Part shown: positions 1 to 11,564 of the stretch, in pieces | Layout: every line of letters starts with the position of its first letter | Numbering within the stretch: the first letter of the stretch is position 1 | Assembly (NCBI GenBank): GCA_964016885.1 | Contig: OZ024743.1 | Location: forward strand, 245,024,001 to 245,088,000 | Reading direction: 5' to 3' | DNA: 64,000 bases | DNA from: Eledone cirrhosa | Lineage: Eukaryota | The notes under the pieces: model-generated | What the model was told of the DNA's origin: nothing | Database searches by the model: none | Seen by the model: only the letters and a program-made list of their open reading frames with translations | Translations under genes and position numbers: made by a program

Positions 1-644
1 AGAAAGAGAGAGAGGGGGTAGAGGAGAGATATATAGATAAATATATAGAGAGGGGGGAATAGACCATATTGGCATATAGATATATAGAATGATCACTCTT
101 GTTAAAAAGGGGAAAACAGGAAGATGTTTATATTGTAAAGGTTAACTGGCAGTGGAACTTATAGTGGTGATGGTATTAGAGAAATTGGTTCCCAAATAAA
201 CATCACATGACTGAAATTGATCCCACAACTGACTCACCCTTCATCAATCCAAACAGCTGTCTAGAACCACCCTCTCTCTCTCCCTCTCACACACACACAC
301 ATATATATACACATATATACACATACCAACTATCTCATACATCTGATAAACGTATTCAGTGTTACAACTGTAAGATTGTGTTTCCCTTTTTTCTTAACAG
401 AAGTCTCTGCTCTAATACATTGCTTTAGAACTTTTAATAATAAAAATAATAACAAAAATAATAATAATTTATAATTTAAGCACAAGGTCAGCAAATTTGG
501 GGGAAAGCCAAAAATTGATTAAATCCAACACAGTATTTGACTGGTTCTTTATTTCATTGACCCCAAAGGGATAAAAGGCCAAGTTGACCTAGACAGGAAC
601 AAATACGGTAATGGCATTTTATCCAATGTTCTGCCAATTCATAA

Positions 645-820
645 TAATTGTTTCTACTTTTGGCACAAGGACAGCAATTATCCCAGTGAATTACTGGTAC
701 TTTAGTTTATCGACCCCATAAGGATGAAAAGCAAAGTTAACCTCGGCGGGATTTGAACTCAGAATGGCAAGGGCCGTAACTCTATGCTGCATGGCTTCCG
801 ACTTTCTACCGATACTGCCA
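645..820 (-). mobile_element. tRNA-derived SINE, family A
   Basis: Reverse complement of the family consensus seen at 28160-28338 (B-box gagttcaaatcc, core gcctttcatccttacggggtcgataaa). Confidence 0.8.
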
Positions 821-884
821 TAATAATAATAACAGAGCACCAGGAAAAGAAATGTCTTCAAGTTGATGTTATCAATATAAAGAT

Positions 885-2255
885 GTGGAGATGGTAGTGA
901 TGGTGGTGGTGGTGGTGATGATGGTTGTAGTGGTGGTGGTGGTGGTTATTGTTGTTGTGGTGGTGATGGTGATTGTGGTGGTGGTTGTGGAGGTGGTGGT
1001 GGTTATTGTTGTTGTGGTGGTGGTGGTGATTGTGGTGGTGGTTGTGGAGGTGGTGGAGGTTATTGTTGTTGTGGTGGTGATGGTGATTGTGATTGTGGTT
1101 GTGGAGGTGGTGGAGGTTATTGTTGTTGTGGTGGTGGTGGTTATTGTTGTTGTGGTGGTGGTGGTGATTGTGGTGGTGGTTGTGGAGGTGGTGGAGGTTA
1201 TTGTTGTTGTGGTGGTGATGGTGATTGTGATTGTGGTTGTGGAGGTGGTGGAGGTTATTGTTGTTGTGGTGGTGGTGGTTATTGTTGTTGTGGTGGTGGT
1301 GGTGATTGTGGTGGTGGTTGTGGAGGTGGTGGAGGTTATTGTTGTTGTGGTGGTGATGGTGATTGTGGTGGTGGTTGTGGAGGTGGTGGAGGTTATTGTT
1401 GTTGTGGTGGTGGTGGTTATTGTTGTTGTGGTGGTGATGGTGATTGTGGTGGTGGTTGTGGAGGTGGTGGAGGTTATTGTTGTTGTGGTGGTGGTGGTTA
1501 TTGCTGTTGTGGTGGTGATGGTGATTGTGGTAGTGGTTGTGGAGGTGGTGGTGGTTGTTGTTGTTGTGGTGGTGGTGGTTATTGTTGTTGTGGTGGTGAT
1601 GGTGATTGTGGTGGTGGTTGTGGAGGTGGTGGTGGTTATTGTTGTTGTGGTGATGATGGTGATTGTGGTGGTGGTTGTGGAGGTGGTGGAGGTTATTGTT
1701 GTTGTGGTGGTGATGGTGATTGTGGTGGTGGTTGTGGAGGTGGTGGAGGTTATTGTTGTTGTGGTGGTGGTGATGGTGATTGTGGTGGTGGTTGTGGAGG
1801 TGGTGGAGGTTATTGTTGTTGTGGTGGTGATGGTGATTGTGGTGGTGGTTGTGGAGGTGGTGGTGGTTATTGTTGTTGTGGTGGTGATGGTGATTGTGGT
1901 GGTGGTTGTGGAGGTGGTGGTGGTTATTGTTGTTGTGGTGGTGATGGTGATTGCGGTGGTGGTTGTGGAGGTGGTGGAGGTTATTGTTGTTGTGGTGGTG
2001 ATGGTGATTGTGGTGGTGGTTGTGGAGGTGGTGGAGGTTATTGTTGTTGTGGTGGTGATGGTGATTGTGGTGGTGGTTGTGGAGGTGGTGGTGGTTATTG
2101 TTGTTGTGGTGATGATAGTGGTTGTGATGGTGACAATAATTGTGGAGGTCTTTGTAGTGGTGGTGATGGAGGTTGTGGTGGTTATTGTTGTTGTTGTTGT
2201 GCTGGTGGTGATTGTGGTGGTGGTAATTATGGTGCTGGTAGTTATGATGATGATG
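885..2255. repeat. (GTG/GTT)n trinucleotide-based minisatellite with ~57-bp higher-order unit
   Basis: The unit gttattgttgttgtggtggtgatggtgattgtggtggtggttgtggaggtggtggag (19 triplets) and variants recur. This explains the poly-Val (+) and poly-Thr (-) ORFs. Confidence 0.9.
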
Positions 2256-3319
2256 ATAAACATCAGGAGGAGAATTCTAAAACAGACACTAGTTTTAGAA
2301 GGAGCAGTCAATCAGTTAAATCAATCCAAGTACTTGACTGGTAATTAATATTATTGACTCTCAAAGGGTGATAGGTAAAGTTGACCTCAGCAGTATTTGA
2401 TCTCAAAACCCTGAGAGTTTTCTTCTTAGCTATTGTCAAACAATTTGGATTAGATTTTCAACATAATCTCTAAAGTCAAAACAGCTATAAAGTCGACTTA
2501 GAAATGATCCATCCATGACTAAGATGATGCACCATAAAAATAGTGAGTCAATAAGGGGTCTCTACATGGTTGCTCAATCTGCTAGAAATAGGAGTCAAAT
2601 TCCCTCCAATCACACCCTACTATCTCAAAAACAAAAAAAAAAAAAAAAGAAATAACACAATGGACAAAATAGTCATAGATATAGAAAAATATTGGAATGA
2701 TCTGTAAAGTGGTAGTGCTGGTGCCATGATAAAAGGCACCCAGTAGACTCTGTAAAGTAGTAATGCTGATGCCATGATAAAAGATACCCAGTAGACTCTG
2801 TAAAGAGGTAGTGCTGATGCTACAATAAAATACATCCAGTACACTCTATAAAGTGGTTCACATTAGGAAGAGCATCTAGTCTTAAAAACCATGGCAAAAT
2901 GGACATATAAGCAATGCATGGTCATCTGACCTGTCTAGTCTCAGAATATGACAATATATTCAACCCAACCAGCATACAAAATGGATGTAAAACAGTGATG
3001 ATGATGATGATGAAAATTCAGTCGAGACTGCATCTAATCTTTAGTATTTTATTTGACACATTGCAGTTTAAGTATATAAATTGTAAGATTATGAAAGACA
3101 AACACAAATTTATTCAAAACTAGCATAAATACTACCCTCCAGGCAGTTTTCTGCTTGTGCAAGTATTGGTGTGTGCATGTGTTTTGTAATGTATCTATGT
3201 ATGAAAAAGGGGAAACTAAATTACTGACATGCAAATGATTCAAACTTGCACCAACATATTTCATCGTGCAGTTTATTTGATTTAATACATTTATTCTTTA
3301 AAAAATAGTGACCGCCAAC

Positions 3320-3535
3320 TTAACCCTTTAGCGTTTACACCAGCTGTATCCAGCCTGAATTCTCTCACCTCTTTCTGTTCAAATTGGCTGTAACTGGCCG
3401 CTCATACTGACGTTAAAGTATTATTATCAAAATAAATAATATCAAAATCTCATAGATTTGGTATTATGTGAGATAAAGCCTTTACCATGAAAATACAGTA
3501 GTATATATAGAGTAATGTAAATACTAAAAGGTTAA
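3320..3535. mobile_element. piggyBac-like MITE (TTAA-CCCTTTAGC family)
   Basis: Terminal inverted repeats ttaaccctttagcgtttac ... gtaaatactaaaaggttaa. Homologous copies at ~31900-32112, 44173-44390 and 53214-53435. Confidence 0.7.
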
Positions 3536-4279
3536 TTAAGAAAAGATGGAATACAAACCAATAATAAGCAGAGGCATCATTGTAAAAGTCAAGAAAAGCA
3601 CCTTCAATGAAATTTCAACCCAAACTGATTTTCAAATAAAGCATTTTTTAATGACTTTCAACTACTCCACATCTTTTATTCTAAGAGCACACAGTGTAGA
3701 GTATTGATTATAATTAAAAGGAAAAATTTATTTCATGACAGGAGAATGATACAAACTTACAATAATATATTTTGATTTTGTGACTTGTTTACTTTAATAA
3801 AAGGCACATGGCTTAGTGGTTAGAGCGTTGAGCATACAATCGTGATATTGTGAGTTCAATTCTCAGACTGGTGTGTGGTGTCCTTGAGAAGACATTTTAT
3901 TTCACAACATTTTATTTCAGCTGTAGTAATGAGTTGTGATGTCTCTGGTGTCAAGCTATATCAGCCTTTACCTTTCAAAGGGGAACTTTCTAGGTGCAAA
4001 ATCTCATGGTCGGTCATTCGTGACCGAAGAGGGTCTTTACTTTTTTTACTTAAATATAATAGTCATACTTAACAAAGTCAGAAAGCCATGCGGACACATG
4101 CACAGAAACTTGCATTTATGATAATAGATTTCTACTACTTTAACAAGCCATCTACAATAACTGAGCACTTTTTCATCACCAACATATTTCTATAACACAC
4201 TTACATTTCAAGACATTCCTATTTCTATAATATACCATATTGTCTACTATAAACTTGCACCAAATATAGTTAGAGTCAT

Positions 4280-4485
4280 AACAATGTAGTGAAAATCCTC
4301 TATAGACATAACAGTGTTGTGAAACTACTCTATATGCATAATAATGTAGTGAAACTATTCTATATGGATAACATTGTGGTGAAACTATTCTATATATATA
4401 ACAATGTAGTGAAACTACTCTCTATATACAACATTGTAGTGAAACTGCTCTCTATATAAAACAATCTCGTAAAACTACTCTCTCT
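4280..4485 (+). repeat. ~30-bp minisatellite (aatgtagtgaaactattctatatatataac)
   Basis: About 6 tandem copies. The same unit occurs inverted at 5445-5800 and forward again at ~11640-11800. Confidence 0.85.
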
Positions 4486-4509
4486 CCCTATGTGTGTGTA
4501 TATATATTT

Positions 4510-5420
4510 TCCTACAATCAGACCTGAACACAATGCAGCAATGGATCACAGACTGGCAACTGAAGCTGGCTGTGGACAAGTGTACCACCATGCATTTTAG
4601 GAGGAAAAATCCAGCGTCCGCATACTCCCTCCACAACACTGATATCAAGAAGTCCTCTTGTGAACGTGACCTGGGCATTACTGTCAGCAGCGACTTGCGT
4701 TGGATAAAGCATGTCTCTAAGATTGTCAAGAAAGCCGAGGGTGTCTTGGCATCACTCAGCAAGACCTTTGTTAGCCGCTCTCCAGCCATCTATTTAAAAC
4801 TGTATACAGCTATGGTACGACCACACTTGGAATTCACATCATCAGTCTGGAACCCCTATCTTGCTCAGAACATTGACCACCTGGAAACTGTTCAGAGACG
4901 TACAACCAAGCACATACCCTCCATCAGACACCTACCATACTCTGAACGCCTTACTTCCCTGGGCATGGATTCATTGAAGCTCCGACGTCTGGCAATGGAC
5001 TTGGTGAATACCCACAAAATTATTAACCATCTCGCCAACAACAACCCTGAGCACCTTTTTGATCTCCATGTGTCTAACACACGTGGACATACCTACAAAA
5101 TCAGAAAACAGCACAGCTCCCATGACTTTCGTAAACATTTTTTCACGCTCAGAGTTGCTGAAGCATGGAACAAACTGCCTGCGTCAGTTGTTAGCTGCCG
5201 AGACACTGCATCCTTTAAAACCCTCATGCTTCACGAAATACGCCAAAACTACACCTGATGTACCCCTTCCATACACATGCACACATGTGTATATCATGAC
5301 TCGTGCACTGTTCATTTTCCTGACGTTTGTACATTACCCTATGTACTATACATACACTTTTTGATGAGTTGTAGTGCACCTGAGCACTGTACACAATATT
5401 TCATTATTATTATTATTATT
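4510..5420 (+). mobile_element. 5'-truncated CR1/L2-clade LINE (ORF2 C-terminus + 3' UTR)
   Basis: ORF 4494-5258 has LQSDLN..W, ERDLG, LYTAMVRPHLEF..VWNPY, LETVQRR, TRGH and FFTLRVAEAWNKLP motifs typical of the CR1/L2 ORF2 end. The 3' tail gtagtgcacctgagcactgtacac is followed by (ATT)n. Confidence 0.9.
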
Positions 5421-5444
5421 ATATATTTATTTATAGATAGAAAG

Positions 5445-5800
5445 AGAGAGTAGTTTCACTACATTGTTACATATATATAGAATAGTTTCACTACAATGTT
5501 ATATATATATAGAATAGTTTCACTACAATGTTATATATATAGAATAGTTTCACTACATTGTTATATATATAGAATAGTTTCACTACAATGTTATATATAT
5601 AGAATAGTTTCACTACATTGTTATATATATAGAATAGTTTCACTACAATGTTATATATATATAGAATAGTTTCACTACATTGTTATATATATATAGAATA
5701 GTTTCACTACAATGTTATATATATAGAATAGTTTCACTACATTGTTATATATATAGAATAGTTTCACTACAATGTTATATATATAGAATAGTTTCACTGG
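5445..5800 (-). repeat. ~30-bp minisatellite (atagtttcactacaatgttatatatatag)
   Basis: About 11 highly similar tandem copies, reverse complement of the 4280-4485 unit. Confidence 0.9.
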
Positions 5801-5852
5801 TGCTATTAAGTTAGACATGGCCGGAGTCAATACTGGCTGAAAGTTATCAAAG

Positions 5853-5889
<37 letters not shown>

Positions 5890-6089
5890 GTTGTTATTTC
5901 TGTTTACCTTTTATATACATATATATATATATATATTGTGTTGTTATTTCTGTTTACCATTTATATACATCATCATCATATATATATATATATATATATA
6001 TGTAGGAGGTGAGTTTTATTGTAGTACAATAAAGCAATGCAGATATCGGATAAGAAGCACTCTACAGTTTGTAGGACTGGAGTATACAT

Positions 6090-8110
6090 AATATAAGATC
6101 AAAAGATGGTTAAAGGAGTTCCATGTATTTTATTATGCGCATTTCAAAAACAAACATCATCATGCAATAATATTTATGTTTTCATCAGATAAAACAGGAA
6201 GACATGATATGAAGGCTAAAAAACACTTGTGGATAGTGCAGTTTTAAATCAACATATGAGAAGTAGTTTTAGATTGATGTGTGATATTGGGAAAAATATT
6301 TTATTTAGAGGGGGTGGGGGGTGGAAAGGATGAAAAAAAGAGGAGGAGATGAGAGTGAAGGTGGAGAGGGAGGAATATAATGAAGAAGGATGAGATAGGA
6401 GGAGAGATGGGTGATAGAGAGAGAGAGAGATAGTTTTTATAACTGAGAAAGATATATTGTTTTACAAAGAGAGGTTGAAAACCGTTGGAAGATAATGTAT
6501 AAATTAAAAGAATTTGAAAATTAACAAAGGGAAAAATATGTGTGAAGAAGGAGAGGGAGTTAATATGTATTGAGAATAATGAGTTTGATGATAGAGAGAA
6601 GAGAATAATGAATTGCGGATGAATATTCTAACGTCAAAAAAGTGTGTATATTTACAAGTATTATGGAAATTTGAAAATTAACGAAGAGAAAAAAATGTAA
6701 AGTTAAGGTTTGTATATTGAAGGATTTGAGAAAAATAATGTGAAGTTAAGGTTTGTATATTGAAGGAATTGATAATATGTGCGAAGAAAAAGTTAATATG
6801 TATTAAGAATGAGTTAGATGATAGGGAGAAAAAAATAATGAATTAAGGATGAATAATCTGGCGTCAAAACAAATGTATATGTTTACGAAGGATTTTACAA
6901 GGTGAAAATAGAGTAAGGGTAATGAGTAAACAAGTATTATAGAGTGTATAATACCCTTTGAAATAAGGTAGGAAGATGGGTATATTTTAAAAGAGGTGTA
7001 TGTATATGTGCCTTTGAGAAAAAGATTCTAAATTGATAAAGAATTGAATATTAGCTGTATACTTTGTGAAATGTTTTATGGAATTTATGCAAGCAGATAG
7101 AAAACAAGTCAGTTCGTCTATTTATTATAGAATCTAGATTAGAGATAATGGTAAATTTTTCATTTAGGCAGAGATTGCAGATTTTAGATAGAGAGCTGTT
7201 CAAGTATGAAGACGCAGAAGAAACCTTCTTCCAAAAGATGGTATATTTAATGTTTTTGTCTTTCAAGGACCATATGAGTTCTGAGAGAGCCATGTTGGTT
7301 CTTTTAAGTTTGTATTTAAAAGATGAATGATGATTATAGAGACGAGCTTTAAAAGAGGTGGAAGTGGAGCCAAAATATGTGAAGGAATTGGTGTTAGTTA
7401 TAACTTTACATTCATAAATTAAGTTTTTATCAAGACAATGGTTGTTGAGAGGACATTTATTTTTAATAGGGCAATTGCAATTGCAATTAGAGAGATTATT
7501 AATGAGTGACCTAGTGTTATCTATAGAAGGAATTGGATTGGAGAAGTTGTTTGCGATAGGAATAATAGTTTCTTGATTTAGAGTTGGATTATGAACATTT
7601 AGCGAAGTTGTGTTTGACGTTGTATTTGGGTTTGCAGAAATTAGCTTAGGGTTTACAATGACGTCGGGAGTACTATTACTATTATTATGAAATTCAGTGC
7701 TGGAAGGAAGAGATTTAGTATTTAGTATTTTATTGTTGTGTTTAGAGATAATGTTGGAAATATTGGAGGATGTAGAATAAGAAAATTTTATGGTGTGTTT
7801 GTTAAATATTTTACTATAGATATGAGGGAGGGAAGCATTTATTTAAGGCACTAAAGAATAATTTAGGAATATTGTTATTAATAGAGATGGAGAAAGGAGC
7901 ATTATACCAGATTATGTTTTTGTATCTAGGTCTTTTATTAAAGTTATTGGAATGATCATGATTAATTATTCTATTGTAAGTTCTTCTAGAATTTGTTTCT
8001 TTACTATATTTGATTTTATCAGGATAGCCGGCTTTAGAAAGTGCGTTATTATAGTAATTGGCGTTAGCATCAAAGATGTTTTTATTAGAAGATAGGTTAG
8101 ATATTCTATT
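6090..8110 (-). mobile_element. Penelope-like element, inverted 3' copy (left arm of palindrome)
   Basis: Near-identical reverse complement of 8459-10475. ORF 7051-7293 (-) mirrors 9303-9518 (+). Confidence 0.92.
6118..6200 (-). ncRNA. Minimal type I hammerhead ribozyme motif (mirror copy)
   Basis: Reverse complement of the motif at 10365-10446 (tttc ... tcatcag flanked by ttttat/ataaaa). Confidence 0.75.
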
Positions 8111-10469
8111 GACTAATTGACTGATTTAATTGGTATCTTTATTTTGAACTCTTTGAGTCGGAAAATTCCTCAACTTCGCGGTGGAATTTATCGTGACGAT
8201 GGACTCTTTACTATCTTAAATTGCAATATAGTTAACCTTAATATTATTAAGAACAATATACGTAATCTCTTTAACCAACATAACCTAAAAATTGAATTTG
8301 ATAACAGTATCAAACTAGCTAATTTCTTGGATGTATCTCTTAATCTTGACACTGGCCTATATTACCCTTACCATAAAAACAATGAGAACCTAAATTATGT
8401 TAACTTTAAATCTAACCATCCTACTAATATCAAGAATGCTATAGTTAGTAATATTGGAAATAGAATATCTAACCTATCTTCTAATAAAAACATCTTTGAT
8501 GCTAACGCCAATTACTATAATAACGCACTTTCTAAAGCCGGCTATCCTGATAAAATCAAATATAGTAAAGAAACAAATTCTAGAAGAAATTACAGTAGAA
8601 TAATTAATCATGATCATTCCAATAACTTTAATAAAAGACCTAGATACAAAAACATAATCTGGTATAATGCTCCTTTCTCCATCTCTATTAATAACAATAT
8701 TCCTAAATTATTCTTTAGTGCCTTAAATAAATGCTTCCCTCCCTCATATCTATAGTAAAATATTTAACAAACACACCATAAAATTTTCTTATTCTACATC
8801 CTCCAATATTTCCAACATTAGCTCTAAACACAACAATAATATACTAAATACTAAATCTCTTCCTTCCAACACTGAATTTCATAATAATAGTAATAGTACT
8901 CCCGACGTCATTGTAAACCCTAGGCTAATTTCTGCAAACCCAAATACAACGTCAAACACAACTTCGCTAAATGTTCATAATCCAACTCTAAATCAAGAAA
9001 CTATTATTCCTATCGCAAACAACTTCTCCAATCCAATTCCTTCTATAGATAACACTAGGTCACTCATTAATAATCTCTCTAATTGCAATTGCAATTGCCC
9101 TATTAAAAATAAATGTCCTCTCAACAACCATTGTCTTGATAAAAACTTAATTTATGAATGTAAAGTTATAACTAACACCAATTCCTTCACATATTTTGGC
9201 TCCACTTCCACCTCTTTTAAAGCTCGTCTCTATAATCATCATTCATCTTTTAAATACAAACTTAAAAGAACCAACACGGCTCTCTCAGAACTCATATGGT
9301 CCTTGAAAGACAAAAACATTAAATATACCATCTTTTGGAAGAAGGTTTCTTCTGCGTCTTCATACTTGAACAGCTCTCTATCTAAAATCTGCAATCTCTG
9401 CCTAAATGAAAAATTTACCATTATCTCTAATCTAGATTCTATAATAAATAGACGAACTGACTTGTTTTCTATCTGCTTGCATAAATTCCATAAAACATTT
9501 CACAAAGTATACAGCTAATATTCAATTCTTTATCAATTTAGAATCTTTTTCTCAAAGGCACATATACATACACCTCTTTTAAAATATACCCATCTTCCTA
9601 CCTTATTTCAAAGGGTATTATACACTCTATAATACTTGTTTACTCATTACCCTTACTCTATTTTCACCTTGTAAAATCCTTCGTAAACATATACATTTGT
9701 TTTGACGCCAGATTATTCATCCTTAATTCATTATTTTTTTCTCCCTATCATCTAACTCATTCTCAATACATATTAACTTTTTCTTCGCACATATTATCAA
9801 TTCCTTCAATATACAAACCTTAACTTCACATTATTTTTCTCAAATCCTTCAATATACAAACCTTAACTTTACATTTTTTTCTCTTCGTTAATTTTCAAAT
9901 TTCCATAATACTTGTAAACATACACACTTTTTTGACGTTAGAATATTCATCTGCAATTCATTATTCTCTTCTCTCTATCATCAAACTCATTATTCTCAAT
10001 ACATATTAACTCCCTCTCCTTCTTCACACATATTTTTCCCTTCGTTAATTTTCAAATTCTTTTAATTTATACATTATCTTCCAACGGTTTTCAACCTCTC
10101 TATGTAAAACAATATATCTTTCTCAGTTATAAAAACTATCTCTCTCTCTCTATCACCCATCTCTCCTCCTATCTCATCCTTCTTAATTATATTCCTCCCT
10201 CTCCACCTTCACTCTCATCTCCTCCTCTTTTTTTCATCCTTTCCACCCCCACCCCTCTAAATAAAATATTTTTCCCAATATCACACATCAATCTAAAACT
10301 ACTTCTCATATGTTGATTTAAAACTGCACTATCCACAAGTGTTTTTTAGCCTTCATATCATGTCTTCCTGTTTTATCTGATGAAAACATAAATATTATTG
10401 CATGATGATGTTTGTTTTTGAAATGCGCATAATAAAATACATGGAACTCCTTTAACCATCTTTTGTTCT

Positions 10470-10475
<6 letters not shown>
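8111..10475 (+). mobile_element. 5'-truncated Penelope-like retroelement (RT C-terminus, linker, GIY-YIG endonuclease, 3' UTR/pLTR)
   Basis: GIYRDDGL RT catalytic motif, FLDVSL, SNHP and IIWYNAPFS. After a frameshift at ~8750 the frame reads KIFNKHTIKFSYS...CNCNCPIKNKCPLNNHC..LIYECKV..YFGSTSTSFKARLYNH..CNLCLNEK to the stop at 9518. Confidence 0.92.
10365..10446 (+). ncRNA. Minimal type I hammerhead ribozyme motif
   Basis: Stem I ttttat (10371-76)/ataaaa (10432-37), extended by ttcc/ggaa. CTGATGA at 10377-83, stem II aaaca...tgtttt, GAAA at 10420-23, palindromic stem III tgcgca, AUA cleavage triplet ending at 10431. Confidence 0.8.
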
Positions 10476-10504
<29 letters not shown>

Positions 10505-10510
<6 letters not shown>

Positions 10511-11564
10511 GTTAGTCCTTCATCAGTGATCTTCCAACCATCATTGGTATTTCATCGCTTTAAAGACCATATACCTCCGGTTGGTGCGAGCAACGGCTAA
10601 AAAAAGTCGTTGGGACACGTAAATAAAGGGGACACGAGAGTGTAAACAAACAAAGATGGTGAGGAAGAACGAGTCAAGGCCCAAATTTCCATGAATATAA
10701 GTTCGGTGAAATCGTGAACGAGAGAGAATAAAGACCATCAAACCTGGTTGGAATGTGAGCAAGGAAGGAATTCCGTACAGGTCTAACGGGAGGAAGAAGG
10801 AATCTAGTCTGTGAATTCGGTGAACATAAGTTCTGTGAAATCGTAGACGAGAGAGAGAAAAAAGGCGAACCAGCCTGACCAAGCGTGCGAAAGAAAAGAA
10901 TTACGCACAGGTCAAACGGGAAGGAGGAGGAGATGTAGTAACAGAGAGTGAGTGAGTGAAGGGTGAGTCTCATATTTACACATATTTTTTCCCCCGCTGT
11001 GACTCGTCTATTTCGTTCTTACTGCTTCCTCTTTCTCTGTATCTTTATCCTCTCTAACAGTCACTCTCTCTGTTAGCCTCTTCCTCACCCTTCACTCACT
11101 CACTCTCTGTTACTACCTCTCCTCCTCCTCCTTCCCGTTTGACCTGTCCGTAATTCTTTTCTTTCGCACGCTTGGTCAGGCTGGTTCGCCTTTTTTCTCT
11201 CTCTCGTCTACGATTTCACAGAACTTATGTTCACTGAATTCACAGACTAGATTCCTTCTTCCTCCCGTTAGACCTGTACAGAATTCCTTCCTTGCTCACA
11301 TTCCAACCAGGTTTGATGGTCTTTATTCTCTCTCGTTCACGATTTCACCGAACTTATATTCATGGAAATTTGGGACTTGACTCGTTCTTCCTCACTTTTC
11401 GTTGCTTCACCATCTTTGTTTGTTTACACTCTCGTGTCCCCTTTATTTACGTGTCCCAACGACTTTTTTTAGCCGTTGCTTGCACCAACCAGAGGTATAT
11501 GGTCTTTAAAGCGATGAAATACCAATGATGGTTGGACGATCACTGATGAAGGACTAACTTTATT
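10505..11564. repeat. Second long inverted repeat (~465-480-bp arms, ~116-bp spacer), probable non-autonomous element
   Basis: 10505-10967 is the near-exact reverse complement of 11084-11564. Mirror ORFs 10541-10882 (-) and 11292-11528 (+). Confidence 0.9.

Noticed and set aside
872-2348. 479-aa Thr-rich ORF with a hydrophobic N-terminus (mucin-like) and 487-aa poly-Val ORF
   Set aside because: Both are by-products of a stop-free trinucleotide repeat. There are no non-repetitive domains or splice support.
3802-3870. tRNA gene (A and B boxes)
   Set aside because: It is the head of a family B SINE, continuing into the SINE core, with no full cloverleaf.
10541-11528. ORFs within the second palindrome
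   Set aside because: Short mirror-image ORFs with no recognisable motifs.
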